Source: Gemmatimonadota bacterium (GTDB lineage Bacteria > Gemmatimonadota > Gemmatimonadetes > Gemmatimonadales > GWC2-71-9). Taken from it: DNA of 64,000 bases. How positions within the stretch are numbered: position 1 is the first letter of the stretch; each line of letters opens with the position of its first letter. The stretch is taken from the NCBI GenBank assembly GCA_041500125.1, contig JBGQLP010000003.1, positions 56,751-120,750 of the forward strand. Reading direction: 5' to 3'. The notes under the pieces were generated by a model. The model did no database searches. It saw nothing but the letters and a program-made list of their open reading frames with translations, and had not been told where the DNA came from. The position numbers and the translations under genes are program-made. Shown one piece after another: positions 1 to 10,956 of the stretch.

Positions 1-69
1 GTCGGCGGGAATTTCCAGCCGTTCACGCTGCGACGTCCGTGGCTTGCGCTCCTTCTTAAACCATGCCAT
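1..69 (-). CDS. accD: acetyl-CoA carboxylase carboxyltransferase beta subunit, first 23 codons only (gene runs off the window)
   Basis: Reverse complement of 1..69 reads ATG then MAWFKKERKPRTSQRERLEIPAD. This resembles the basic AccD N-terminus that precedes the Zn ribbon. It is truncated, so it is absent from the ORF track. Assignment is from memory only. Confidence 0.45.
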   Translation of the reverse strand, partial: MAWFKKERKPRTSQRERLEIPAD

Positions 70-185
70 CACGGCCATAGGAGATAGGTAGCGTCGAGGG
101 TGAGCGAGCGGTGTCCGGCCTGGTAAACCCATGCAATCTCACGATTCCCCGCCTCCGGCGCCAGACCCCTGAAAGTAAGTCCCTG

Positions 186-1427
186 TCAGCTATCGGCATA
201 GCCGGATAACCGGGAGTCCCAGGCCACCCGGAGCGCCACGCCGAGGCAGAGCGAGCAGATGATGAAAAAGGAGCCACCGTAAGAGAAGAGCGGCAACGGA
301 ATGCCTGTGATCGGCATCAGGTTGACCGTCATTCCCACGTTCTCGAAGACGTGGGTAAAGAAGAGTCCCACGATCCCGAAGACCGCCAGGCTGCTGAAGG
401 AGTCGGTAGCGCGCCGAGCAATGCGAATGAGGACGAGGAAGAGCGCAAGGAAGAGGCTCAGAGCCACCAGCACCCCGACGAAGCCGAGCTCCTCACCCAC
501 AACGGAAAAGACGAAGTCGGTGTGCTGCTCGGGGAGAAACGCCAGCCGCTTCTGGGGTCCCTCGGTGTACCCGGTGCCAAACCACCCGCCCGAGCCGATG
601 GCCACCCGGGACTGGATGGCGTGGTACCCCGCCGCGCGAGGATCGGCCTCCGGATCGAGGAAGGTAAGGAGCCGGTTCTGCTGATACGGCGCCAGCCGCT
701 TCCACAGGGGCATGGCGATGGCACCCATGACGACATTGGCGGTGAGGAATACCACCCAGTCCCAGACGTAGGGCCGCCAGGCAATCAGGATCAGCACGAA
801 CAGGATGATCCATACGCTCCACGCGAGCGTATGGAATGCCAGCAGCAGACTGACCACCGGCGTCGCCAGCATGAAGAGCATGCGAGGCCGAACCCCGGAC
901 CAGAACAACATGGCGAAGAAGATGCCGACGAACACCAGCGCGCTTCCCAGGTCCGGCTGCTTCAGCACCAGGAGGCAGGGCACTCCGACGATCAAGACTG
1001 GGCCGATGAGGTCTCGCAGCGAGCGGGGCGGCTCCTTTCGGCTGGAGAGGAACCGGGCCAGCATCAGCACCGTGGCGACCTTGGCCAGCTCCGATGGCTG
1101 CCCGATCTGGTGCCCTCCGACGGAGAGCCAGCTGTGGCTTCCTACCGCAGTTCCCGCCCCGGTACCCACCATCAACACCACGACCAACAGCAGGATGCTG
1201 AAAGCGTAGACTGCGGGCGCCACCCACTCGAGGACCCGCATCGAGACGTGAAAGATGATCCAGATGGCGACAATACCCACTCCGAACCACATGAACTGAC
1301 GGTACCACACGCCGGCGGCCCGCGTGGGTACGTCAGTCTGGCCGGCGGAGTACAGCGTGGCGAGACCGAACAGGACCAGGCAGAGGCTGACGGTGAGCAG
1401 CTGCCGGTCGATGCTGGCCGTCCTCAT
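186..1427 (-). CDS. rodA: SEDS-family peptidoglycan polymerase RodA
   Basis: 413-aa multi-TM ORF with FtsW/RodA motifs (YQQNRLLTFLDP, SRVAIGSGGWFGTGY, PEQHTDFVFSVVGEELG). It has a 4-nt overlap with mrdA and lies in the mre cluster. Confidence 0.9.
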   Translation of the reverse strand: MRTASIDRQLLTVSLCLVLFGLATLYSAGQTDVPTRAAGVWYRQFMWFGVGIVAIWIIFHVSMRVLEWVAPAVYAFSILLLVVVLMVGTGAGTAVGSHSWLSVGGHQIGQPSELAKVATVLMLARFLSSRKEPPRSLRDLIGPVLIVGVPCLLVLKQPDLGSALVFVGIFFAMLFWSGVRPRMLFMLATPVVSLLLAFHTLAWSVWIILFVLILIAWRPYVWDWVVFLTANVVMGAIAMPLWKRLAPYQQNRLLTFLDPEADPRAAGYHAIQSRVAIGSGGWFGTGYTEGPQKRLAFLPEQHTDFVFSVVGEELGFVGVLVALSLFLALFLVLIRIARRATDSFSSLAVFGIVGLFFTHVFENVGMTVNLMPITGIPLPLFSYGGSFFIICSLCLGVALRVAWDSRLSGYADS

Positions 1428-3313
1428 GGCTCCGGCTCCGGCACCGGAGAGGAGTCGGCGGCCGCCGCCTGAGCCGCGGCAGAATCGGGGTTCAACTCGA
1501 CCGGCCGGGGCGCGTTGTCCGGACCGTTGGTCGATTCGTCAAGCAGCACGCCCAGCTTGACCGGACCGGTCGCCTCGGGGCCAAGGATGTAGCGCCGTAG
1601 CGCCTGAACTACGTAGGGCGCGACGACAGTGCCGTGCTTGGCAAACTCCATGATCCCGCCCACGATGAGCTGCGGCTTATCGGCGGGTGCAAAGCCGATG
1701 AACCAGCCGTGATCCTCGCCGTGCGGATTCTGAGCGGTTCCCGTCTTGCCCGCCACGGCCAAGTCGGAACGGCGACTGGCCGCCGCAGTGCCCCGCTCCA
1801 CCACCGCAGTCAGGGCGTGGCGCAGACCATCCAGCTCCCTCTGGGTCAGGCCCAGCGACTGCCTTCGGCTGGACGTCGGCCGGACGATGTATGGGGTGAC
1901 CGCCTCGCCCGTGCCGGCCAGGCCTTCGTAGAACTTCATCATGTTGATCAGGGTCTGGGTGTTCTCGCCCTGACCGATCGCGAAGTTGAGAGTGCTGCCT
2001 TGCTGGCTCCAGTTGCGGGGTCCGTAGAGCTTGTCGAAGTACGCCAGCGACGAGGGGTAGATCGGATTCAGCTCATTCTCCAGGTCGATGCCGCTCTTGT
2101 CCCGGAAGCCCATCAGCAGACCGTCCTGAATGATCGCTTCCAGCCCCAGCCGGAGTCCCAGCTGGTAGAAGTACACGTCGCAGCTGGCCGCCACCGCGCC
2201 GATGAGGTCGAGCGTCCCGTGCCCTTCTCTTTTCCAGCAGCGGAATACCCGGTTGCCGAGGCGCATTCCTCCCCGGCAGGGCTCGGGCATGACGGTATTG
2301 AGCTGGATCAACCCGCGCTTCAGCGCCATCGCCGCGATCGCGAGCTTGAATGGTGAGGCCGGTGGGTACCGGGCCTGGATCACCCGGTTGAGCAGCGGTT
2401 TTGCCGGATCGTTGTTCAGCCGCTTCCACTCCGCCGACGAAACACCGCCGACGAAGTGATTGGGATCGAAACCTGGCGCCGAATAGAGTGCCCGGATCTC
2501 GCCGCTCGGCGTCATGGCCACCATGGCCCCCCGAACCCCCGAGGGCCAGATGCTATCGACGAACCGCTGGAGATCGAGATCCACCGTGGTCACGATGGGC
2601 TTGCCCGGAGTGGGAGAGAGCGTGGCGGACGGAGCGCCTTCTCGCACCAGGCGGCCCCGCGCGTTTACTTCGATGTAACGCACCCCTTCACTGCCCCGAA
2701 GCGTGTCATCGTACTCCCGCTCCAGGCCGGCCTTGCCCACAATCGAGCCCAGGATAGCGCCGGGATAACGATCGGCGGCCAGATCGGCCTCGGTCACCTC
2801 GGAGACGTAGCCTACCAGGTGGGCCACCGACTTCCCGGCTGGATACGTTCGCTTGGGCTCGGCCTGAACGACCAGACCAGGCAGGGCCGAGCGATGTTCC
2901 TCCAGCTTCGCGACGATCTCGAGAGAAGCGTCGCCGAAGACGAGCGCCGGCTGATAGCGAGCCTGAGCGTAGCGCTCGACGATGTCGCCGATCTGGACAC
3001 TGTCCAGCGGAACGTAGCGCCGGACCCGGGTGAGGACTGCCTTCAGAGAATCGACCGACGAGGCCAGCAATTTGACCGAGAAGCCGGGCACGTTCTCCGC
3101 GATAACCCGGCCGTTGCGGTCGAAGATGGTGCCTCTCGGCGGGGTGAGCGGAATCGGGCGAAGCCGGTTCGTCTCGGCCTTGAGCTGGAACTTGTCGTGC
3201 TGCAGAACCTGGGTGCGGAAGAACGCGCCGACCAGCACCAAAAAGGCGCCGACGAGAACCATCCGGGCAATCTCGGCCCGCTCCCTGACTCGGTACGAAT
3301 CGAAGCCGTTCAC
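1424..3313 (-). CDS. mrdA: penicillin-binding protein 2 (elongasome transpeptidase)
   Basis: Carries the PBP dimerisation and transpeptidase domains (SPFK = SxxK, KTGTAQ = KTG). The track ORF runs to 3853, but its upstream 180 aa overlap mreD and look like R/G-rich junk. A GTG at 3313 forms a GTGA overlap with the mreD stop and precedes the TM helix MVLVGAFLVLVGAFF. Confidence 0.9.
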   Translation of the reverse strand: MNGFDSYRVRERAEIARMVLVGAFLVLVGAFFRTQVLQHDKFQLKAETNRLRPIPLTPPRGTIFDRNGRVIAENVPGFSVKLLASSVDSLKAVLTRVRRYVPLDSVQIGDIVERYAQARYQPALVFGDASLEIVAKLEEHRSALPGLVVQAEPKRTYPAGKSVAHLVGYVSEVTEADLAADRYPGAILGSIVGKAGLEREYDDTLRGSEGVRYIEVNARGRLVREGAPSATLSPTPGKPIVTTVDLDLQRFVDSIWPSGVRGAMVAMTPSGEIRALYSAPGFDPNHFVGGVSSAEWKRLNNDPAKPLLNRVIQARYPPASPFKLAIAAMALKRGLIQLNTVMPEPCRGGMRLGNRVFRCWKREGHGTLDLIGAVAASCDVYFYQLGLRLGLEAIIQDGLLMGFRDKSGIDLENELNPIYPSSLAYFDKLYGPRNWSQQGSTLNFAIGQGENTQTLINMMKFYEGLAGTGEAVTPYIVRPTSSRRQSLGLTQRELDGLRHALTAVVERGTAAASRRSDLAVAGKTGTAQNPHGEDHGWFIGFAPADKPQLIVGGIMEFAKHGTVVAPYVVQALRRYILGPEATGPVKLGVLLDESTNGPDNAPRPVELNPDSAAAQAAAADSSPVPEPEP

Positions 3314-3807
3314 GCGTCCAGCCGGATCGAGAACCAGGCTCGAAAGGTGACCAGCACCAAGAGGGTGAATCCTGCCGTGGTGACCGCCTGGAGCGGACTG
3401 TAGATCGTCAGCTCGGTCAGCAGCTGGCGGTGATCGACTCCGCTGGTCATCAACACGACCAGATCTCTGAACCAGAGGCCCACCGCCACGAACGCGGCAT
3501 TGACCAGCATGTTGTCGGCAAAGAACACGGCCCGGCCCCAGGCGGCAAAATAACCGACCAGCGTGTGCGCCAGCGCGCCAGCGCCGAACCGGGCCGGCGT
3601 GAGAGTGTCCTCGATGAGCCCCACCAGAAATCCGGCGACGGCGCCCGCGCCTGGACCGCTGCGCATCGCGAACAACATCAGTGCGATGAGGAGGAAGTCG
3701 GGGCTCACCCGGGCGTTCCACAGCCGGGGCCGGATGTAGAACTGGAGAACCAGGAGCATGATCATGACGAACAGCAGCTGGACTCGGGTAACCCGATTCG
3801 CGCTCAT
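3310..3807 (-). CDS. mreD: rod shape-determining protein MreD
   Basis: 165-aa polytopic membrane ORF sitting between mreC and mrdA with 4-nt overlaps on both sides, which is the typical MreD position and size. Confidence 0.8.
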   Translation of the reverse strand: MSANRVTRVQLLFVMIMLLVLQFYIRPRLWNARVSPDFLLIALMLFAMRSGPGAGAVAGFLVGLIEDTLTPARFGAGALAHTLVGYFAAWGRAVFFADNMLVNAAFVAVGLWFRDLVVLMTSGVDHRQLLTELTIYSPLQAVTTAGFTLLVLVTFRAWFSIRLDA

Positions 3808-4814
3808 GGGGTGGAGTCCTTCGCAGCACGGAGCTGCGAGGTGGGAGTTCCACCCATTATGGGGGACGCGCGGCTCAACGAATCGCGCCGGGCGGCTCGC
3901 GCCGCCTTCACTGCCTGGGCCATCGAATCAGCTCGCTGAATCCGTGCGAGGGAGTCGAGCCGCATGGCCTCGATCAAGGAGTCGCTGGGGAAGGCGGCGG
4001 CCAGATCGCCGCTCCGGGTTCCCACCAACACGAGCACGTGGGCGGCCGAGCCCGGATTGGCGGCCGGCTTCAGCCGGTACACCCGTTCCCAGCCGGCCTC
4101 CTCCCGGACGGTTCCCGTCACTGTCCCGATAGGAATGCCCTTGGGAAAGACACCGCCTAGACCCGACGAGAGCACCAGGGTGCCGAGCGGCACCGAGTCA
4201 CGGTAGGGAACTCCTCGGAGCTCCAGCGAGCCCTCGGCATTACGGCCCTCGGCCGACGGCGCCACCACCCCGAGGGCATTGCCACCCACCGTAAAAGCAC
4301 TCACCCGAAATTCCGGATGGGCCCAGGACATGGCGATGCTGCTCCTCGAAGTCACGCTGAGGATGACCCCGATCAAACCGTCAGGCGCGATCACCGGGTT
4401 GAAGGGGGCGACGCCCTGCCGCGAGCCCACGCTCAGCAGCAGGGTGCGGCCGTCGGTGGCGTGCGGTTGGTGCAGGATCTCAGCCGGCACATAGGTCGTG
4501 GTCAGTCGGTGACTGAGACGAAGCAGTTGTCTCAGCCGCTCATTCTCCGCCCGCAGCGAGGGGAGAAACTGAGCCAGGTAAGCCGCCGAGTCCCGTTCGG
4601 CGGTCACGATGCGAAAGCGCACCCGGCTGGTACGCCCCTCTTCCGCCCGCGTCTGGAGCCAGACCAGCGGGGCCAGGACGGTCTCCCGCAGGGTGTCCGC
4701 CACCCCGTATCCCCAGCTGGCTGGAGAGAACAGGCTCACAATGGAAAAGCCGAGACACAGGATGAAAAGCACGGTGTCTCGGCGGGTGTAACGGCGGTCT
4801 GAAATACTAACCAT
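3804..4814 (-). CDS. mreC: rod shape-determining protein MreC
   Basis: 336 aa with an N-terminal TM helix, a coiled coil (RAENERLRQLLRL), then beta-rich domains. It lies directly downstream of mreB. Confidence 0.85.
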   Translation of the reverse strand: MVSISDRRYTRRDTVLFILCLGFSIVSLFSPASWGYGVADTLRETVLAPLVWLQTRAEEGRTSRVRFRIVTAERDSAAYLAQFLPSLRAENERLRQLLRLSHRLTTTYVPAEILHQPHATDGRTLLLSVGSRQGVAPFNPVIAPDGLIGVILSVTSRSSIAMSWAHPEFRVSAFTVGGNALGVVAPSAEGRNAEGSLELRGVPYRDSVPLGTLVLSSGLGGVFPKGIPIGTVTGTVREEAGWERVYRLKPAANPGSAAHVLVLVGTRSGDLAAAFPSDSLIEAMRLDSLARIQRADSMAQAVKAARAARRDSLSRASPIMGGTPTSQLRAAKDSTP

Positions 4815-4817
4815 TGC

Positions 4818-5855
4818 TCAGGACGAAAGAACGCTGCGGTATTTCTCGAAGTCGTCGAGGATCCGGCCGGTGCCGCGGACCACGCAGGTCAGTGGGTCCT
4901 CATCCACGTGGATGGGCAGTCCGGTTTCCTGGGCGAGCAGGAGGTCGAGTCCGCGGATCAGCGCGCCGCCCCCGGTCATGACGATGCCACGGTCCACGAT
5001 GTCGCTCGCGAGCTCGGGCGGAGTGATCTCCAGAGCGCGCCGCACCGCGTCGACGATCTGTTGAATCGGTTCCTGGACGGCCTCGCGGATCTCAGTCGAA
5101 TGGACCCGCACCGTCTTGGGGATGCCGGAGACCAGATCGCGACCCTTCACTTCCATCTCCCGCTCGTCTCCGGTAGGAGCTGCCGACCCGATCTTTATCT
5201 TGATGGCCTCAGCCGTCGGCTCCCCCACCAGCAAGTTGTAGTTCTTGCGCATGAACTGCACGATGGCCTGGTCGAGCTCATCGCCGCCGGTCCGGATCGA
5301 GGTGTCGGACACGATCCCGGACAGCGCGATCACCGCGATCTCGGTAGTTCCCCCACCGATGTCGATGACCATATTGCCGGTCGGGGTTTCCACCGGGAGA
5401 CCAACGCCGATGGCCGCCGCCATGGGCTCGGCGACCATGAGGACCTGCTTGGCCCCGGCGGTCTCCGCCGAGTCGCGCACCGCGCGTCGCTCCACTTCGG
5501 TAATCCCCGAGGGAACGCAGACGATCACTTTGGGTTTGACCCGGAAGACGTGCTTGTCGATGATGGTTTTGAGGAAGTAACGCAGCATCTTCTCGGTCAC
5601 ATCGAAGTCGGCGATTACGCCGTCCTTCAAGGGTCGCACGGCCAGGATACCGTCGGGCGTGCGGCCCAGCATCCGCTTGGCTTCGAGGCCGATCCCCTTG
5701 ATCCTGCCGGTGGCCTTTTCGATGGCGACGACGGAGGGCTCATTGAGCACAATGCCCTCGCCTTTGACGTAGACGAGGGTATTGGCTGTGCCCAGATCCA
5801 CCGCGATCTCGTTCGCGGGGAGCCAGGACATCAAATTCCATGCGGGAAGCTTCAT
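4818..5855 (-). CDS. mreB: actin-like rod shape-determining protein MreB
   Basis: Motifs DLGTANTLVYV, DIGGGTTEIAV and MTGGGALIRGLD. The track start at 5918 adds a non-homologous extension. ATG at 5855 or 5831 is the likely start; I cannot choose between them. Confidence 0.93.
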   Translation of the reverse strand: MKLPAWNLMSWLPANEIAVDLGTANTLVYVKGEGIVLNEPSVVAIEKATGRIKGIGLEAKRMLGRTPDGILAVRPLKDGVIADFDVTEKMLRYFLKTIIDKHVFRVKPKVIVCVPSGITEVERRAVRDSAETAGAKQVLMVAEPMAAAIGVGLPVETPTGNMVIDIGGGTTEIAVIALSGIVSDTSIRTGGDELDQAIVQFMRKNYNLLVGEPTAEAIKIKIGSAAPTGDEREMEVKGRDLVSGIPKTVRVHSTEIREAVQEPIQQIVDAVRRALEITPPELASDIVDRGIVMTGGGALIRGLDLLLAQETGLPIHVDEDPLTCVVRGTGRILDDFEKYRSVLSS

Positions 5856-5940
5856 CGAGGAGCCGCTAGATACATGGCTGGTGAAGGTAAATGGACGACT
5901 ACCCCGCTGGAAGCGCATTCACTGCCTTGCCGCCCCGCTG

Positions 5941-6405
5941 TTATCTCCCGCTACTTCCGAATCCACCAGCGCCTCGGGTGGTCGGCGGTAGCGTCTCCAC
6001 CGGCCGGAACGTGGCGCGCTCGACCCGGGCAATGACCATCTGGGCGATGCGCATCCCTCGGGTGATCCGAAACGGCTCGCTGCCGAGGTTCACCAGCGCC
6101 ACCATCAACTCACCCCGATAATCGCTGTCGATCGTGGCCGGCGTGTTGGGCAAGGTGATGCCGTGACGGAGGGCCAAGCCCGACCGAGGGCGGATCTGGC
6201 ACTCGTACCCATCCGGCACCGCGATGCTGAACCCGGTCCGGAACAGCTTCCGCTCCAACGGCGCCAGCTCGCCGTCGTCCGCGCTGGCCAGGTCATGTCC
6301 TGCCGAACCGGGGGTGGCCGGACTCGGCAGCGGGAGACCTTCGGCATGAGGAAGGCGGGCGAGCAGCACCTCGACCACACCTCCGGGCGTGCCGGGCTCA
6401 GACAA
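5941..6405 (-). CDS. dut: dUTP diphosphatase
   Basis: Motifs [25 protein letters not shown] and GGFGSSG. The start is uncertain: TTG at 6405, or an internal GTG about 9 codons later. Confidence 0.9.
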   Translation of the reverse strand: MSEPGTPGGVVEVLLARLPHAEGLPLPSPATPGSAGHDLASADDGELAPLERKLFRTGFSIAVPDGYECQIRPRSGLALRHGITLPNTPATIDSDYRGELMVALVNLGSEPFRITRGMRIAQMVIARVERATFRPVETLPPTTRGAGGFGSSGR

Positions 6406-7510
6406 CGGTGTTGACGTCGGTCAGGGGGAGTCGGAAGGCCTCGGCAACCCCAGGGTAGACCACCTTCCCCTCGACCACGTTCAGACCGAGCCGTAGAGCT
6501 GGATCGGACTTGCACGCCGCACGCCAACCCTGTTTGGCGAGCTTAAGTCCGTATGGCAGCGTAGCATTGGTGAGGGCAAGGGTGGAGGTTCGGGGGACGC
6601 CGCCTGGCATATTTGCCACGCCGTAATGCAGAATGCCGTCTACGAAGTAAGTGGGATCCTCGTGAGTGGTGGGCTTGATGGTCTCGACGCAGCCGCCCTG
6701 GTCCACGGCTACGTCAACAATGACCGACCCGGGCTTCATCAGCTTGAGATCAGCCCGCTTGACCAGATGGGGAGCCTTAGCGCCAGGGAGGAGTACTGCG
6801 CCGATGACCAGGTCGGCCCGGCGGATGGCGTCCAGGATGTTGTGCCGGTTCGAGTACGCGGTATCGACGTTGGCGGGGAGGACATCGTCCAGATAGCGGA
6901 GGCGGTCGAGAGAGATGTCCAGGATAGTGACGTGAGCACCCAGCCCCGCCGCCATCTTGGCCGCATTGATCCCCACCACACCGCCTCCGATGATCACGAC
7001 CTCGCCCGGGGCCACCCCAGGGACCCCGCCAAGCAGGATCCCACTCCCCCCGAACACCTTCTCCAGATATTTGGCCCCCTCCTGCACCGCCATCCGGCCC
7101 GCTACCTCGGACATGGGGGTGAGGAGCGGCAGCTCACCACTGGGGAGCTGCACCGTTTCGTAGGCCACCGCGACCACGCCGGAGTCGATGACGGCACGGG
7201 TAAGGGCTTGGGCCGCGGCGAAATGGAAGTAGGTATAGATCACCTGCCCCTTCCGCATGCGGGGCCATTCCACCGCGATGGGCTCCTTCACCTTCATGAT
7301 CATCTCGGCCTGGCGCCAGACCTCGTCCGCGGTCGGGAGGATGGTGGCACCGACTGCTCGGTAAGCATCATCGGGAAAGCCACTCCCGTCGCCGGCCCCC
7401 TGCTCTACCAGCACGGTGTGCCCCACCCCAGCGAGGGCCTCTGCGCCGGCGGGGACCAGGGCGATGCGATTCTCGTTGGTCTTGATTTCCTTCGGGACTC
7501 CGATGCGCAT
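6398..7510 (-). CDS. ald: alanine dehydrogenase
   Basis: Canonical N-terminus [20 protein letters not shown] and Rossmann motif [13 protein letters not shown] chose ATG at 7510 (GGAAG lies 5 nt upstream) over the track start at 7558. Confidence 0.9.
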   Translation of the reverse strand: MRIGVPKEIKTNENRIALVPAGAEALAGVGHTVLVEQGAGDGSGFPDDAYRAVGATILPTADEVWRQAEMIMKVKEPIAVEWPRMRKGQVIYTYFHFAAAQALTRAVIDSGVVAVAYETVQLPSGELPLLTPMSEVAGRMAVQEGAKYLEKVFGGSGILLGGVPGVAPGEVVIIGGGVVGINAAKMAAGLGAHVTILDISLDRLRYLDDVLPANVDTAYSNRHNILDAIRRADLVIGAVLLPGAKAPHLVKRADLKLMKPGSVIVDVAVDQGGCVETIKPTTHEDPTYFVDGILHYGVANMPGGVPRTSTLALTNATLPYGLKLAKQGWRAACKSDPALRLGLNVVEGKVVYPGVAEAFRLPLTDVNTVV

Positions 7511-7554
7511 CCGAGCTTCCTGGGGTAAGGGTGCAGAGCTTTTTCTGTTCACTG

Positions 7555-8814
7555 TCACGCTTTATCAGGACCTAGTCGAACCACCGTCTGCCGTTCGGGG
7601 GCAAAGAACTCCCTCGCCACGGCGGCGACCTCATCCGGGGTCACCCGGTCGATCTCCCCCAGCATCTCGTCCAAGGGGCGATAGCGATCCTCATAGAGAA
7701 TGAAGCCAGCCAGCCGGGCCATGCGGGCACCCGGACTCTCGAGCGAAAGCATGATCTGCCCCTTGAGCTGTTGCTTGCCGTTGGTCAGCTCCGCCAGCGG
7801 CAACCCCTCTCGCGCCAGGCGATCGTACTCGCCCCTGATCGCCTCGACGGCCCGGTCGGCGGTGGACGGCTGGGTGCCCACGTACACCCCCAGCTGACCC
7901 GAACCCTGATAAAAATGCTTGTAGGCGAAGATGGCATAGGCGAGACCCAGCTCCTCCCGCACCCGCTGAAACAGGCGGCTCGACATGCCGCCGCCGAACA
8001 CATTGGTCAGGATGGCGATCGGAAAGCGCCGGGGATCCCGCAGCGGGAAGGTGTCGGTGCCAAACACAATGTGAGTCTGGGAGGTGTCGCGGTGCTCGGT
8101 ACAGTCGGCCCCTCGGACCGCGGGCACCGGGATCACCCCACTGCGGGGAACTTCCCGGGTCACCCCCTCGAACCAGCCTTCCCGCTCGAGCACGGTGATC
8201 AGCTGATCGTGGCTCACATTGCCGGCGGCAGCGATCACGCAGTTGCCACGATAGTACCCCGCCCGGTGAAGCGCGCGGAGGTCGTCGGAGGAGAGTGCCT
8301 CCAGCGTCTCCGGTTTTCCCAATATGGAGTAGCCGTAGGGATGGTTGGGCCAGAGTGCCTCGGCGTGGAGCTCGAACACCAGATCGTCCGGGGTGTCGGC
8401 CACCCCGTTGATCTCCTCCAGAATCACGTTGCGCTCGGACTCGAGGTCGCTCTCCCGAAGCAGCGGCCGGCGCACCAGATCGGTCAGGATTTCGACGGCG
8501 AGAGGAAGATCGGCGTCGAGCACGTGTGCCTGGTAGCTGGTGTAGTCTCGTCCGGTAAAGGCGTCGAGGCCGCCCCCGCGCACCTCCAGCTCGAGGGCAA
8601 GCTCCCGAGCCGTGCGGCGCTCGGTGCCCTTGAAGACCATGTGCTCGAGGAAGTGGGAAATGCCTAGTTGGCTGGGACGCTCGTGCGCGCTGGCGGTGCG
8701 GACATAGATACCGACTGCTGCCGAGCGAACGCCCGGCAGCCTTTCGGTGAGGACGACCAGCCCGTTCGGCGCTGTGGTCCTGAGCAACCCCTCGTCGAGA
8801 CGAGCCGTTTCCAC
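7555..8814 (-). CDS. M16-family zinc peptidase (pitrilysin/insulinase-like)
   Basis: 419 aa with the inverted zinc motif [11 protein letters not shown] (HxxEH) and a downstream E. It sits in the common position next to pnp. Confidence 0.85.
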   Translation of the reverse strand: METARLDEGLLRTTAPNGLVVLTERLPGVRSAAVGIYVRTASAHERPSQLGISHFLEHMVFKGTERRTARELALELEVRGGGLDAFTGRDYTSYQAHVLDADLPLAVEILTDLVRRPLLRESDLESERNVILEEINGVADTPDDLVFELHAEALWPNHPYGYSILGKPETLEALSSDDLRALHRAGYYRGNCVIAAAGNVSHDQLITVLEREGWFEGVTREVPRSGVIPVPAVRGADCTEHRDTSQTHIVFGTDTFPLRDPRRFPIAILTNVFGGGMSSRLFQRVREELGLAYAIFAYKHFYQGSGQLGVYVGTQPSTADRAVEAIRGEYDRLAREGLPLAELTNGKQQLKGQIMLSLESPGARMARLAGFILYEDRYRPLDEMLGEIDRVTPDEVAAVAREFFAPERQTVVRLGPDKA

Positions 8815-8820
8815 GAAGGA

Positions 8821-10908
8821 TTAGTCCCGGGGAAGCAGCGCCTTCCGGGAAAGCTTCATGCGACCGCGGTCGTCCACTTCGAGCAGCTTGACCTGGACGA
8901 TATCACCCTTCTTGACCACGTCCTCGGTCTTCTCGGTTCTCCCGTGCTGCAGCTCACTGATGTGGAGCAGCCCCTCGACCCCGGGCAGGATCTCGACGAA
9001 CGCGCCGAACGCGGTCGTGCTCTTGACCGGCCCTTCGTAGGTTCGGCCGACTTCCGGCTCGGTAGTGATAGCGGCGACCATGGCCCGCGCCTTCTCTCCG
9101 GCCTCACCGCCCACCGCAGAGATGGTGACCACGCCGGTGTCCTCGATGCTGATCTTGGCGCCGGTGGCGTCCTGAATGCCCCGGATGGTCTTGCCCTTGG
9201 GACCGATGACATCGCCGATCTTGTCGGGCTTGATCTGCATGGTGAAGATCCGCGGGGCGTACTTGGACAGCTCGGTCCGGGCCACGGGCAAGACCTTGGC
9301 CATCTCCTTCAGGATGTGGAGGCGACCCTTTTTGGCCCGCTCCAGCGCCTGTTCCATGATCTTGAGCTCGAGGCCCAGGATCTTGATATCCATCTGGATC
9401 GAGGTGATGCCCTTCTCGGTGCCGGCTACCTTGAAGTCCATGTCGCCGAGGTGATCCTCGGAGCCGAGAATGTCGGTGAGGACAGCGACTTTATCGCCTT
9501 CTTTGATGAGCCCCATGGCCACGCCGGCGCAGGCGGCCTTCATCGGCACGCCCGCGTCCATCAGAGCCAGCGACCCTCCGCACACGGTGGCCATCGAGGA
9601 CGACCCGTTCGACTCCAGGACCTCGGAAACGACCCGCATGGTGTAGGGGAAGTCTTCGTAGTGCGGCAGCAGCGGCTGGAGGGCCCGCTCCGCCAGCGCT
9701 CCGTGCCCGATCTCGCGGCGGCTGGTGCCGCGAATCATCTTGACCTCGCCGGTGGAATACGGCGGGAAGTTGTAGTGCAGCATGAACGACTTGGTGGTTT
9801 CGCCAGCCACGTCGATGCTGTCGATGCGCTGTTCGTCATCGGTGGTGCCGAGGGTGACGGACACCAGTGCCTGAGTCTGTCCCCGGGTGAAGAGGGCGGA
9901 GCCGTGGGTCCGGGGCAGCACTCCAGTTTCGATGGTGATCGGCCGGATGGTGTCGAGGTCTCGTCCGTCGACCCGCTCGGAGCGCTCCAGGACCTGTTTC
10001 CGCATGACCCGGTACTCGATCTCCTCCAGCTCCTCCGCAATGTCCCGGCCCTTGTCGGCGTATTCCGCGAGCAGTTGGCCGAGGATCTGCTCCTTGACCG
10101 CTTTGACATTGCTGGAGCGGCTCGACTTGTCCTTGGCGTTGATGGCCTGGGCCAGCTGGGTTTCGGCCAGCTCGCGCACCTTGGCGAGTAGCACCGGATC
10201 GGGCTCTGCCTTGGTCCACTTGAGCTTCTGAATGAGCCCGACCTTATCCATCAGCTGCTTCTCGAGGCCGAGCAGCTCGCGAATTCCCTTCTGCGCAATC
10301 TTCAGGGCCTCGAGCATCTCAGATTCGGAGACCTCGAGCGATCCGCCCTCGACCATGACGATCGAGTCAGCCGAACCGCTCACCAGCAGGTCGATGCTGG
10401 AGAACTCGAGCTGTTGGAAGGTCGGATTGAGAATCCAGTTCCCCTCTACCCGCCCGACCCGCACTCCCGCCAGGGGACCGTTCCAGGGCACCGTGGAGAG
10501 ACTGAGCGCGCTCGAGGCCGCGAGGACACCCAGCACGTCGGCGTCGTTCTCCTGATCGGCCGACAGTACCGTGACGAAGACCTGCACCTCATTCTTGAAC
10601 CCTTCCGGAAACAGCGGCCGGATGGATCGGTCGATCAGCCGACTGGCCAAGATCTCCTTGTCGGAGGGGCGGCCTTCGCGCTTGAGGAACCCGCCGGGAA
10701 TCTTTCCCGCGGCGTAGGTCTTCTCGCGATATTCGACGGTGAGGGGGAAGAACGGGAGGCTGGAAGTGTTCTGGGAGACAGTTACGGCGGCGAGCACCAT
10801 CGTATCGCCGAAACGAACGAGGGCGGATCCCGCGGCCTGCCTTGCCACGCGGCCGTTCTCCAGCATGAGCGGGCGTCCGGCGAACTGAGTTTCGATCCGT
10901 TGTACGGT
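8821..10908 (-). CDS. pnp: polyribonucleotide nucleotidyltransferase (PNPase)
   Basis: Two RNase PH domains plus KH and S1 domains (GSSSMATVCGGSLALMDAGVP, C-terminal S1 VKLLEVDDRGRMKLSRK). GTG at 10908 gives family-like N-terminal spacing (VTVQRIETQFAGRPLMLENG). The track start at 10977 lies inside a leader hairpin. Confidence 0.93.
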   Translation of the reverse strand, partial: TVQRIETQFAGRPLMLENGRVARQAAGSALVRFGDTMVLAAVTVSQNTSSLPFFPLTVEYREKTYAAGKIPGGFLKREGRPSDKEILASRLIDRSIRPLFPEGFKNEVQVFVTVLSADQENDADVLGVLAASSALSLSTVPWNGPLAGVRVGRVEGNWILNPTFQQLEFSSIDLLVSGSADSIVMVEGGSLEVSESEMLEALKIAQKGIRELLGLEKQLMDKVGLIQKLKWTKAEPDPVLLAKVRELAETQLAQAINAKDKSSRSSNVKAVKEQILGQLLAEYADKGRDIAEELEEIEYRVMRKQVLERSERVDGRDLDTIRPITIETGVLPRTHGSALFTRGQTQALVSVTLGTTDDEQRIDSIDVAGETTKSFMLHYNFPPYSTGEVKMIRGTSRREIGHGALAERALQPLLPHYEDFPYTMRVVSEVLESNGSSSMATVCGGSLALMDAGVPMKAACAGVAMGLIKEGDKVAVLTDILGSEDHLGDMDFKVAGTEKGITSIQMDIKILGLELKIMEQALERAKKGRLHILKEMAKVLPVARTELSKYAPRIFTMQIKPDKIGDVIGPKGKTIRGIQDATGAKISIEDTGVVTISAVGGEAGEKARAMVAAITTEPEVGRTYEGPVKSTTAFGAFVEILPGVEGLLHISELQHGRTEKTEDVVKKGDIVQVKLLEVDDRGRMKLSRKALLPRD

Positions 10909-10956
10909 CACTTCTTTACTCTCTCTCTGTGGATGGCTTCTTTGCTTCGTCTCAAT

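Noticed and set aside
1424-3853. Long N-terminal extensions in many ORF-track entries: mrdA 809 aa, glgX 780 aa, cdsA 354 aa, aroA 477 aa, recN 619 aa, galK 483 aa, rpsO 156 aa, xseB 101 aa, and the 256-aa ORF upstream of zapA.
   Set aside because: The extensions overlap the upstream gene, lack family similarity and are Arg/Gly-rich. Internal ATG/GTG/TTG codons forming 4-nt overlaps with the upstream stop give family-typical N-termini.
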